Of a stretch of 56,881 nucleotides of DNA, positions 24,714-35,251 are shown one piece after another. The DNA comes from Hydrolagus affinis. Its lineage: Eukaryota. The notes beneath the pieces are model-generated. The model was not told the origin of the DNA and searched no databases. It worked only from the letters and a program-made list of their open reading frames with translations. How positions within the stretch are numbered: the first letter of the stretch is position 1; every line of letters begins with the position of its first letter. The stretch covers positions 1 to 56,881 of the forward strand of contig JAAILG010002211.1 in the NCBI GenBank assembly GCA_012026655.1, written 5' to 3'. The position numbers and the translations under genes were made by a program.

Positions 24714-25639
24714 CCTTGCATGTACAGCACTTGGAAACTGTGGAATCACTGAACCCGATATCAGCACAGGTTTAGGTTACAGAGTGTGCTTTTTACATAA
24801 TATCTGTCTAATTGTTGTCTGCTTCAATCCCAAGTTTCACTCAAATTCTCTTGCTTAGAGCTAACCCCAGGAATTGCTGTAATTTCAACACTGTGCAGGA
24901 TGTTACAGGATAAAATTATCTGTCATGACATTTCAGCTCAAACTAACTGACTGTTTGAGGAAGTGCTGTGATGTGTTTCAATGGTGCAGGATTGAAGGAG
25001 GAGGGAGGGAGAGAGGGGGAAATGGCTAGTGAAGGTGTGATGTAGATGTGGCGAGTTCAGTGCAGCACCTTCTCCGCACATGTGGCCTGTACACACACTG
25101 ATCCAAACCTTGATTGGAGTCGTTCACATCGGGGTACGCTTTAAGGCATCTATCTCTTCTGCACTTGTGTACCTAATTGTATTGAAGCTGTTGTGCAGAG
25201 CTCCCAATTGTGGTGTCGACACACATGAGAGAGTTGCACCAACTCTGGTGAATTGATGTTGAAATCAGGACAATAGTCTTGCTGATGGCAGCAGTAGGTG
25301 TGTATTTACAGCTGAGGGGCAGAGTTGGTCCAGTGCCACAGCATCAGATCATATTTCAAATAATCAGTTTATTGATCTCGGATGGGCTACTTGGCTCCCG
25401 CTGCAGACAGATTGTGTGGACAAAGACAGCCATTTATCTCAGCAAAGATAGCGTGATGTTCAGTCTGAGGAAACTTCTCCAATCTGTTTCATTCTCTTAT
25501 CAATGACAAATCTAGTTTTGTTCTAATCTGGGGAGCTGACCTGCTGGCACAATCCTCGCTCACAGTGAGATGTCTCTTCCCCCCCCACCACTCCCAGCCA
25601 GGCCTACTCCATTCCTATATATTTACTGTTTAACAACTG

Positions 25640-26222
25640 GGAAGGTTGCGTGTTGGGTGGGTGACGTTCCATGTCGGGCGAGTGGCATTGCATGTTGGCT
25701 GGGTGGTGTTGGGCGAATGGCATTGTGTGGTTGGGTGGGTGATGTTCCATGTTGGACGAGTGGCATTGCGTGTTGGCTGGGTGGTATTGGGTGGGTAGCA
25801 TTGCATGTTGGGAAGGTGGTATTGCATGTTGGGCGAGTGGCGTTGGGTGTTGGCTGGGTGGTGTTGGGTGTTGACCTATGGCGTTGTGTGTTGNNNNNNN
25901 NNNNNNNNNNNNNNNNNNNNNNNNNNNNNNNNNNNNNNNNNNNNNNNNNNNNNNNNNNNNNNNNNNNNNNNNNNNNNNNNNNNNNNNNNNNNNTGGGTGG
26001 CGTTGTGTGTTGGGTGGGTGGCGTTGCATGTTAGGCGGGTGGCGTTGTGTGTTGGGTGGGTGGCGTTGTGTGTTGGGTGGGTGGCGTTGCGTGTTGGGTG
26101 GGTGGCGTTGCATGTTAGGCGGGTGGCGTTGCGTGTTGGGTGGGTGGCGTTGCATGTTGGGTGGGTGGCGTTGTGTGTTGGGTGGGTGGCGTTGTGTGTT
26201 GGGTGGGTGGCGTTGCGTGTTG
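25640..26222. repeat. GT-rich minisatellite, 21-bp unit gggtggcgttg(t/c)(g/a)tgttgggt, spanning an assembly gap
   Basis: About 11 near-perfect units after the gap and degenerate units before it; source of the PPNTQRH / GWVALCV ORFs. Confidence 0.92.
25894..25993. other. Assembly gap (100 N)
   Basis: Run of exactly 100 N; true length unknown. Confidence 0.99.
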
Positions 26223-26419
26223 TAACTCATGAAGCGTGATCCTAACAACTGATTAAATATCCTGTGTTACTATTTGGAAGCAGAATGGAGAGGTTTCTGG
26301 GTGTCCTCCCTCGTGCCAAGCTTACTACATTGATCGCTCAGTCACCTGGTTGCTGTGTTTGGGGCACTGCCGGCATGACTCTGTCCACATAATGATCACC
26401 ACACTTTAAAGTATTCGTT

Positions 26420-26536
26420 TTGCCCACAAAATATACAGTCAATTCACTTTACAGTGTATCCTGTGAAGCGCTGTGAGACATCTCAGAGGTGTGATAAGGC
26501 TCCATATCAAATGCAAGGATTATTAATATTATTATT
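26420..26536 (+). mobile_element. SINE 3' fragment
   Basis: gcccacaaaatatacagtcaattcactttacag...atatcaaatgcaaggattatt. Confidence 0.8.
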
Positions 26537-27167
26537 AAGTAACTTATTGCTGAAAGTTCTTTGCTGTGGTAAGCCACTATTTGCCACTCTGACACAAATG
26601 ATATTTCTGGACTGGAAATGAACTGAAGCTTGTGTTGCTGTGGGAGGGAGCACCTCTCACATCCCCACAGCTAGAGTATTCGAGGGGAATGGCAGCAGCT
26701 GGTTGGGTAAAGAGGTCACAGTGCAATAATACTAGATGGTACTTGTCGATTCTGGTAACACAAAGCACGTCGTTTCTATCATCCCTATTATAATAAAGCA
26801 TTGTAATCGAGATAATTGCTTGGAAAATGAGTTAACACAATTATAACACAATTTTTTTAAAAAGCTTTTGTCCTGGTTAGAAAAATGACTGAAATTGATC
26901 AACTGAAACCGCATTGGGATATTGCAATGCACTGTACTGTTGGTTGTCGTACCGTGGTGCACCTTGTAAATGGTTTTAAACCATTACAAATGTTGCTGCG
27001 ACTTCTCTGTCCTGTAGCTCTGCCTCCCGGCACCCCAGAAATCCACTGTAACCAATCCAGCAATGGTACATGTTGTATGAACTGCAGTAAATGGCATGCT
27101 AGGTCAGGGTGAAGGAGAAATACACTCCCCCTTGTTTTTTATTCTTATCAAACTTGTTTTTCAACAG

Positions 27168-27233
27168 AGGTTCCAGGCCAGAACATACAAAGAATGTTGC
27201 AGGAAGTAAAGAAACGAAGATATGGTTCAGAAG
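27168..27233 (+). CDS. CUX1: CUX1 coding exon (~exon 16, 66 nt, symmetric phase 1): (E)VPGQNIQRMLQEVKKRRYGSE(G)
   Basis: Boundaries ttgtttttcaacag|AG GTT CCA ... TCA GAA G|gtaggt; resembles human [23 protein letters not shown]. Not in the ORF track. Confidence 0.88.
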
Positions 27234-27639
27234 GTAGGTCATGGGAACTTCTGTCAATTACAGCCAATAGGGACGGGGTTCACTGTGCCACGTGTAGCAG
27301 GGGCACAGTGTGGACTGCTCCTCCTGGCCTGGAATCTGCTGGAAAACACAGAATGTAAGTCTAAAAACCAAGGGATTGGCTTCAAAACTGCAGAGTAACA
27401 CTTTCCTTGCACGCACTGCCCACTGTGTGTTTATCTGAATAGCTGTGTTTGGGTGCAGGCCTGATTGCTGTTACCTTATGTTACACGTGGCTTGCAATTA
27501 TGTCACAACAGACCATTTGTGTAGCATTCTGTGTGTATGTATCCGCAATTAAAATTACAATTACAGCACTGCTCAGTGGCTGTCTGCGTGCATGTCTGTT
27601 AAGACATTGTCCCAATCACACCATTATTATCTTGAAGTG

Positions 27640-27855
27640 AGTGTTAGCCTGGTTCGGTGGGTCAGTTTTGACCTCTGGTTCAAGTCAAGGCTTGAGCTCA
27701 TTATCCAGGCTGACAGTCCAGCCCAGTACTGAGAGAGCCGAGTTGTCGGAGACGCTGTCCTAAGGATGGGATGGTTAAGATGAGGTTCTCATTGTTTAAG
27801 ATGATGGTTCAGATCAATATTTGAGAGAGAGGTCAGTGTTTTCCCTCAACTCAAA
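27640..27855 (+). mobile_element. Older SINE (Deu-domain/SacSINE-like), degenerate
   Basis: ggttcaagtc...atccaggctgacagtccagcccagtactgagagag...gttgtcggagacgctgtcc resembles the shark Deu-SINE body and the copy at 45880. Confidence 0.5.
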
Positions 27856-27884
27856 TTTACTGGGGGGAAGATTTCATCCCGAAG

Positions 27885-28045
27885 GCGAAATACTGCAAAT
27901 CTGAAATAAAAACAGAAATGACTGGAACACGCAGCAGGTCAGGCAGCGTATAGGGAGAAGAAAGTCAGGTCACGTTTCAGGTCAATGATACTTTGCTTCT
28001 CACCTGACCTGCTGAGTATTCCCTGCAACTTCTGTTTTTATTTCA
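27885..28045. mobile_element. Penelope-like retroelement terminal fragment forming an inverted repeat
   Basis: tgaaataaaaacagaa...gcagcaggtcagg (27902-27943) is inverted as cctgacctgctgag...ttctgtttttatttca (28003-28045); homologous to 46043-46150. Confidence 0.55.
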
Positions 28046-28574
28046 ACAACTACAATTTACACTTATATGGTGCCCTCCCCACAAGGTACCGTCCCAGAGC
28101 GCTTACTGATGTGTGTGGATCGTGCACAGTCACTTCAGGATTTCACTGTTATGTGTGGGTTGTTGTTGGGCCATCCTGTCACTGTATGATGTGCTTCACG
28201 ATTAGTGTGATGGAACACTGTATCAAATTCACAGATTATTTATTAAATCTTAAAATAATCCTTGCATTTAATGTCGCACTTTACACGTCTTCTAGACAGT
28301 TGAAGAATGCTTTGGAAAGGCATCTAATTGGGCAGTTGAACTCTTAAGTGACAGTCTATTTATGGCTAAAGGGATGAGGCTGTCTATCATTACTGGCGAA
28401 CTTCAGAAGACTTGTAGCTTCTCTGAGGTCTCAATCAATGTTTCAGTTTTTGCAAATGTTCACTGTCAACAGACAAAAATATCACATGTTTTTATGGGTT
28501 TGTGCTATAAAGATAGATAATACTGTACCTGTAATCCTTGCATTATAACATCTCGAAGCACTTCACAGAATATA

Positions 28575-28939
28575 TAGTAAAAGCTTTGTATCCGGCACCC
28601 TTGGGACCTAACCGGTGCCAGTTAATCAAAGATGCCGGATATTCAAGCAGTAAGTTGCCGAAAATCCTACACAAAAAATTAACTTATTTTAAAACATACC
28701 ATATTAATAATAGACTAAATAATAACAGAATATTGTATGGATACTTACCAATAAAGCATTCTAACACACTCAGTAAAATCGCATTCGGTAAGTTTAATAA
28801 GTGCGCATGCACATGCATGCGCAAGGTGAGCGTACTGGGAGTATGCCAGATGGCTATGGTATGAGATCCGGTTGCTGGGATGGTGAATTGAATTGGGAGA
28901 TCCTGGTTAGTTGGGTGCTGGATAACCAAGCTTTTACTG
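28575..28939. mobile_element. Tigger/pogo-like (Tc1/mariner superfamily) MITE with TA TSD
   Basis: TA|tagtaaaagctttgtatccggcaccc ... gggtgctggataaccaagcttttactg|TA; ~26-bp imperfect TIRs with a CAGT-type terminus and no ORF. Confidence 0.75.
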
Positions 28940-28940
28940 T

Positions 28941-29220
28941 AATAATAAAAATCCTTATATTTGGTGTAGTGCCTTATCACGTCTTCTAGACATCTCGAAG
29001 CACTTCACAGAATATACTGTAAAGCAAATTGACTGTATATATTTGTGGGTGAAACGCGGCAGCCAATTGCACACACTAGTGTCCCACAAGCAGTTGTGGA
29101 TTGAGTTTGAGGGATTATTATCCCCAGAAAAGCGATCCACCAATCGATTAACAACTGGGTTCATTGTGAATTATGAATGAGACAGAGGCGTGTGGAATAA
29201 GGAAACTTGCCCAACATTTT
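28941..29220 (-). mobile_element. SINE (long form), 5' truncated
   Basis: aataataaaaatccttatatttgg...cgcggcagccaattgcacac...gtggaataaggaaacttgccc. Confidence 0.82.
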
Positions 29221-30624
29221 GTCATTATATATTAAAACATTTCAACATGTTTAGCAGAAGGGTATGTTGAAATGTAGTGAATGCTATTGTTTGAACGTTG
29301 ACAAATGTAGCAGCCAATCTGTAGCCCAACGTCCAGCCTGCACAAGGAGCTGAGTGCAGCTCTCACAAGGGTTGAGTCCTGTCTGCCAAAAACTGGCTGT
29401 GAATGAAAGTTCGTACAAGCATGAAAAGCAGCTCCTTGCCTCTGCACCCAATCCCAGCCATTGCTAATGACTAGCTTGATTGGCTTTGGTTTGTTTCAGT
29501 AAATGATTCTCCTCTTATTACAGCAACAGATGTGATCCTCCTCTTCAGTCTGTGAGAAATGACTTTGTTTTCTGAACCTGTCAGTGGATGGCAATCCTTT
29601 GACACAGAAACCAAATAAAAGAGAGATGATAGAGAGTAATATGACATTTGAGATGCACAAATTTCTATCCCTCTCATCTGCTGAAGTGACACGAGCCCAG
29701 TATGTTAATCTAATATTGATTTCCTGCTCCTTCCTTTTTTATTTGACATAATTTGATGTGACTCATTGCATTCAATTTTCATTTCTGACACTTTTAATTT
29801 AGATATACTGTTGTTAGCAGCATTGTAATTCTGTTTAATAGGACCCCGTTACGATCCTTACTCAGTGTAAATCTCTCCAACTACATGTTTTCTGTTTTCC
29901 AACATCTGATGCTAAATCTCTTTGATATTGAGGTCTATTAAGTCAGTGCAGTGTAGATTTGCACATTAAACACATCAGTAAGTTCAGCTGTACTCTGGTC
30001 AGCGATAATGCACAGTGGCAACTACTACTGTAATTGCACTGCAAGTGGGCAGCAAACGTGTTCCGACTGATGTCTCTTCTTAGCACTGCTTTCTAAGCAC
30101 TCTGGGACACCACCTCGCGTGAAGGCGTTGTATAAACACAACCTGTTATTGATCTTGAGACATCAGAGAGTAGTGGAAATAAGCCAGTATGCAGCTGACC
30201 CGAGAGACGGATGGTGAGTGGGTGAAGGCAGCTCACAGCCATCAGATCAATGTGGTCCCAGATTCCATCCCTGATCTATCGACTAATCACATGGGAGTGG
30301 TTGTTTCACCCCTTCCCGTACACTCCCTTCCCAGCTCGGGTCACACGCTTCCTGTGCAGCGCCTTGGGACGTCCTCCCGATGTGAAAGGCGCTTTATAAG
30401 TGTAATTTGTTGTTGTTGTTGTTGGTGTGCACCTGTACACACTACTGTAGCGTTAAGGTCAGCCTTACTCTCCTTGGGTAGAGAATAATCCCTGAACTGT
30501 CTGTGATGTTCAGGTTGGGATTTGGAGTTACAACAGCCAATTGGGGGATGTGGGGTGGGGGGGAGGGGGTGGGGGGGGTGAGCATAATCATAGTAATCAA
30601 ATCTGTTCAAATTCAAACCTTAAT

Positions 30625-31000
30625 GGAGTCCTGCAGCTCAGTGATTAGAGCAGTCATCTCGCAAGCAAGAAACCTGCGTTCAATTATCAGCAGGTCGAAA
30701 CCTTGTCAAGTTTCCTTGCTCCACACACCTGATAATAACTCTCCCCAAATAGTAAATTGTTCTCTCAATCCACGACTGCTGTAGGACACTGCTGTGCGCA
30801 ATTGGCTGCCACGTTTCACCAATAAATATACAGTAAATTCACTTTACAGTATATTATTTGAAGCTCTTTGAGATGTTTAGAAGACACGATAAGGCACTGT
30901 ATCCAGCACCTTGGGATATCCTTCTCACGTGGAAGGTGCTATACAAGTATAATTTTGTTGTATGTTGTTGTTATATCAAATGCAAGATTTATTATTATTA
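30625..31000 (+). mobile_element. tRNA-derived SINE, full length, with an L2 tail inserted near its 3' end (~30898-30971)
   Basis: Head ggagtcctgcagctcagtgattagagc; gataaggcac[tgtatccagcaccttggga...gttgttg]ttatatcaaatgcaag. Confidence 0.82.
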
Positions 31001-31039
31001 TAATGAACAGAATCCAGATCTCAGCTCAGATCCACACAG

Positions 31040-31385
31040 GAAGAGACCGCAGCTCGATGATAGACCTTCAGTGCTGGACACTGCCGAGATTGGAAAGAGT
31101 AGCCGAGAGGACCAGGTTGTTTTATAAAGAGTTGTTGGAGTACGCTGGTGCTTAGATTGGGAAAGAATGAGTTTGAGGAGGAGACGAGGAGTTTTGATAT
31201 GAGCACTTATGGGGAGGCAGAGAGAGTGTGTATGTGGTGGGATTGAGGGAGAAAAGTTTAGAGGGGTGTTAACTGTTGCTGTATTGACTGAATGGAGAAA
31301 GAGAGCGAGAAGAAATCTTGAGGATAATTAAAGTCAATTAAAAGAATTGTGTATTTTGCCAACAAGCCCAGACCTCGGAACTGGA
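31040..31385 (-). mobile_element. L2-like LINE internal fragment
   Basis: agatccacaca...gctcgatgatagaccttca...gcagagagag...gtggtgggattgagg resembles the antisense of L2 ORF2 (W.KS....D...Y). Degenerate. Confidence 0.4.
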
Positions 31386-31937
31386 TCCTGTCAAATTGCG
31401 ATTTGCCTGAAAGTTTGGGAAGTGTGTGACTGCTGATGGTTGGCATGTTTGGTTTGGGCTAGAGCCTGTCGCTTGGGTTACCTCAGAGGCTTCCCAACCA
31501 GACGTTGGTGGCTACAAGTCCCAAGGCTGCCTGTCACAGTGCATCAGGCCACAACAGCAGCAAGGGTTTCTGTCTGCTCTGAGCAGGGCTGCTTGAAGGA
31601 GCCCTCCTTAGGGTATCAGGACAAGCTGAGATGGCTTTTCTCTGCAGTCTTCCTGCTAGTTTACCGTGGACCCACACTTGAGGGGAGTCCAGCCTCCTAT
31701 CGCATTGATTTGCAAACAAAGTCTTGAACATTTCAATGGGCCATTAGCATCCTGACTGTAGTGGCCATGTTTCAGCAAGAGAACATTGTCAATAACGCTA
31801 TGTGGGGTGCTTTGTGTTGGCTGAGTGTCCAACACATGTAATATGACATATAATGTTGTTGCCATCACTGCGCATGAATATCATCACATACTGTATTTAA
31901 CTTTAACCAAATGTCGGCACAACATGATCAGGATTTA

Positions 31938-32458
31938 CGAGGTCTGTCTAAAAAGTAACGGGACTGACATCACAGAAATTTTATTCCAAAAAATATCTNN
32001 NNNNNNNNNNNNNNNNNNNNNNNNNNNNNNNNNNNNNNNNNNNNNNNNNNNNNNNNNNNNNNNNNNNNNNNNNNNNNNNNNNNNNNNNNNNNNNNNNNAC
32101 AGCTTGTCCCCTTCAAAATAGTTTCCGTCCAGTCTCACACACTTGTCCATCCTCTTCTTCCACGCTTCAATGCACCCCTGGAAGGCTTCTTCTGGAATCC
32201 TCCGGAGCTCCGTCGTCACGGCCCTTTTGATGGCCTCCACATCAGGAAATCGGGTCCCCTTGATCACTCTCGAGCAGGTCTGGATCGTCCTCGAGGCGGT
32301 CGATAATGTCTTGACAGACAGTGACTCTTCGCTGTTTCTGGTCCTCGGACAACAGCTTGGGGACCATCTTTGCGCACACCTTGCGCATTTCGTGTCATGA
32401 TATTTTTTGGAATAAAATTTCTGTGATGTCAGTCCCGTTACTTTTTAGACGGACCTCG
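31938..32458 (-). mobile_element. Mariner (DD34D-type) transposon, internally deleted, ~60-bp TIRs and TA TSD
   Basis: TA|cgaggtctgtctaaaaagtaacgggactgacatcacagaaattttattccaaaaaatatc with a near-perfect inverted copy at 32399-32458|TA. The minus strand encodes MRKVCAKMVPKLLSEDQKQRRVTVCQD... and ...KGTRFPDVEAIK...WKKRMDKCVRLDGNYFEGD. Confidence 0.92.
31999..32098. other. Assembly gap (100 N) inside the mariner
   Basis: Run of exactly 100 N. Confidence 0.99.
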
Positions 32459-33747
32459 TATGTGCAGAGTACATTTATTATCTGCTCTTCCTTCATATTA
32501 TCTTCATCCCATGATATATAGAGCTGTGTGCAGCTGGAATTGTTTCAGCCTTTCAGTTGTAATCCAACCATTGCTCTTGTTTTTTGAGATCTGTTGAGAA
32601 TCCAGAGAGTGGATTTCAGGGATCAGTTATCCCTAAAGTCTTGGTGTCTCTGTGAAGAGCTTTGATATATTCACCTATGTGAACAACAACCACAAAATTC
32701 CATTTGTATAGCGCCTTTCACAATACTATATAAGTGCAAATTGTTGGTGGTTGCCTTGCACGTTGCTGTATAACAATTACATTGGGAATTTGTACTATTG
32801 CAATGTTACGCTGTATTGATGCGTACATTGAAGGTTTGTTTGCAGGTTCAGCGCTATGATTTGCACACCAGCTGTTCTGATGCTGTTGTTTAGAGGAATA
32901 TTTTACATATTAGTGAGTGGCCTTAGACAGCAAGCCCCACTTGCCTGGCTGTTCAGGCCAACTGTGAGTTGCTCTTTCTGATAAATGCAAAACTTGTTCG
33001 GGTTTGAGTGTAAAGTGGACCGGACTAGTTTCAAGATGTCAGGATAAATTGTACATGAACATATTTGTTCCTACGTGAACATGCATTTTTGTGCCTGAAT
33101 GTGCGTATGTACACATGTTTGTGTGTGTAATAATTCATTAGGTTGAATGTGCGCTCACATTTTGCCTGTGATTATTGTTTTGCTTAACTTGTAATTCCTT
33201 TCACTAATGTACAGCATTCTGTTAAATAATTAACCTTGTATTCTATTTAGGGACATTTGCAGCATATTAATGAGACCAGCCCATATTAATTATAATAATT
33301 CATTTGTTGGAGGAATGGGATAAGTAGTGAAACAGGAGCACATTAGGCCCCTCCCCCTCCCATTATTGTCTTGTCTGCACTCTGCTCTTGGTTTTGTTAT
33401 TGCTCCACGTTTGTTGAGGAGGAGGGAGTTTGAGCGCTTTCCCTGTCCTGTGGATAGAGCATTTTCCATTCTCTGGTAGCACAGAGGAACTAAAGCTGCA
33501 ATTAGAGACTACCTCTCCCTCTCTCTCCCGGGTACACTCAGAGTCATGGGTGGCTGTCAAACTGATGCAAGTGTGGAACGCTACATGATCTGTTTCACAA
33601 TTTGGAAAGATGAATACCATATCTGTTCCAAGTTAGTTAATATAGGAAGTTATGAAATGTCAGGGACCTGTTTTTAATCTGATGATTGGAGCAAACTTGT
33701 GCTAAAGTGAAATTCTCCTTGGATTAATTTAGATACTTTGTCTCTAG

Positions 33748-33849
33748 GCAACATCACCACAAGGATCAGGACCCCGGAGACTGGCTCCGATGAAGCTATC
33801 AAATCCATACTTGAGCAGGCCAAGAGAGAGCTACAGGTGCAAAAAACAG
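33748..33849 (+). CDS. CUX1: CUX1 coding exon (~exon 17, 102 nt): (G)[33 protein letters not shown]
   Basis: Boundaries tttgtctctag|GC AAC ATC ... AAA ACA G|gtgagt. Correct frame not in the ORF track. Confidence 0.95.
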
Positions 33850-33978
33850 GTGAGTTCCTTTAGATCATCCAATGACACCGTGGAAGGGGTGTGGTGGGGG
33901 AGGCTAGGAGCCTGCAGGAGGGGACAAGGCAAGATTTGGCCCTCCGGGCCACTGCAAGTTTACTCCATTATAAATGTA

Positions 33979-34268
33979 GGGTCCTGTAGCTTAGTGGTTG
34001 AAAGCAAGAGACCTCGGTTCAATTTCAGGCAGAGCGAAACCTTGGTCAAGTTTCTATACTTCACACGCCTAATAGTAATACTTCCAAAAAAAATGGTCAT
34101 TTCAATCCACTACTGTATGTGGGACACCGCTGTGTGCAATTCACTGCCGCATTTCACCCACAAATATACAGTCAATTCACTTTACAGTATATTCTGTGAA
34201 GCGCTTTGGGATGTCTAGAAGGCGTGAAAAGCGCTGTATCAAATGCAAGGATTTTTATTATTTTTATT
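33979..34268 (+). mobile_element. tRNA-derived SINE, near full length, in the short intron between exons 17 and 18
   Basis: gggtcctgtagcttagtggtt...cggttcaatttc...atcaaatgcaaggattttt. Confidence 0.85.
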
Positions 34269-34439
34269 ACAGTTAAGGTTGTAACCTGACAGTAGACAGA
34301 ATCCTCTCAATGAAGGTCCAGGGGGGCATCAAACTGCTGGGTGCTCATTCCCTAGAGCTCTCCTATCCACTTGCCTCCCTATTCAAGTCTTTGATTGATT
34401 GACTTTGGAATGAGACTTTCTCCATCTTGTGTATCACAG

Positions 34440-35251
34440 TTGACTCAGCTCAGCCACCCAGCTCCTCGGGCAGTGGGAGCTCAGACGAAGCCATCCGGTC
34501 CATCCTCGAGCAGGCCCGGCGCGAAATGGAAGCTCAGAAGTCCATTCTGGAGCCAACGCTGAAAGCAACGGCTGTGTCTCACGCTGACCTGAACCTCCAC
34601 TCACACAAAGTGGCAGCATCTTCCTCTTCGCATTTCTCTTCTTCCTCAGTCACAGCCATGAAAAAACCTTCTTCTTCCATGCTGGATTCTGGCAGCTCAG
34701 CAGCTCAGAGCTCACACGGGTTCAAAAAGGGACCGCATGACTCCTGCCCCTCAGAGCTTTACACCGTAGGGGATACATCCCACAATATGCTGAAACAGGT
34801 GAAAAACGAGCTGGGAAGGGGCAGCATCTGGAGGGACCAATGGTGGAACACGGTGTGCCCCGACAGGAGGAATTCCTTCTTTTCAGAAGACGGCAGGATG
34901 GAGGAGGTGAGCAGCGGCAGGGAACGGTTTGGAAACCCCAGCAGGCATGAGCGAAATCAGCTGCAGGGACCTGGCTCGGCCGATCACTGGAAAGACTGGC
35001 AAAACGCAGAGTCACCGTACTCTGACCTAGGCACGGTGGTGGCGGGCAGTAGCGTGACCCCACAGAGCAGCCCACTGCCCTCCTCGCCCCTCATCCCCAT
35101 CGCCAAGCCACACAAGCCCTCAGTGCCCCCACTCACGCCCGAGCAGTACGAGATCTACATGTACCAGGAGGTGGACACAGCGGAGCTCACCCGCCAGGTC
35201 AAGGAGAAACTGGCCAAGAACGGCATCTGCCAGAGGATCTTCGGAGAAAAG
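34440..35251 (+). CDS. CUX1: CUX1 coding exon (~exon 18, 812 nt): linker plus N-terminal half of CUT repeat 2
   Basis: Boundaries gtatcacag|TT GAC TCA ... GGA GAA AAG|gtattt; ORF 34427..35302 includes [42 protein letters not shown]. Confidence 0.96.

Noticed and set aside
25570-26248. PPNTQRH / GWVALCV repeat ORFs, and a possible CRISPR-like array
   Set aside because: Head-to-tail 21-bp minisatellite with no unique spacers, spanning an N gap, in vertebrate intronic DNA with no cas genes.
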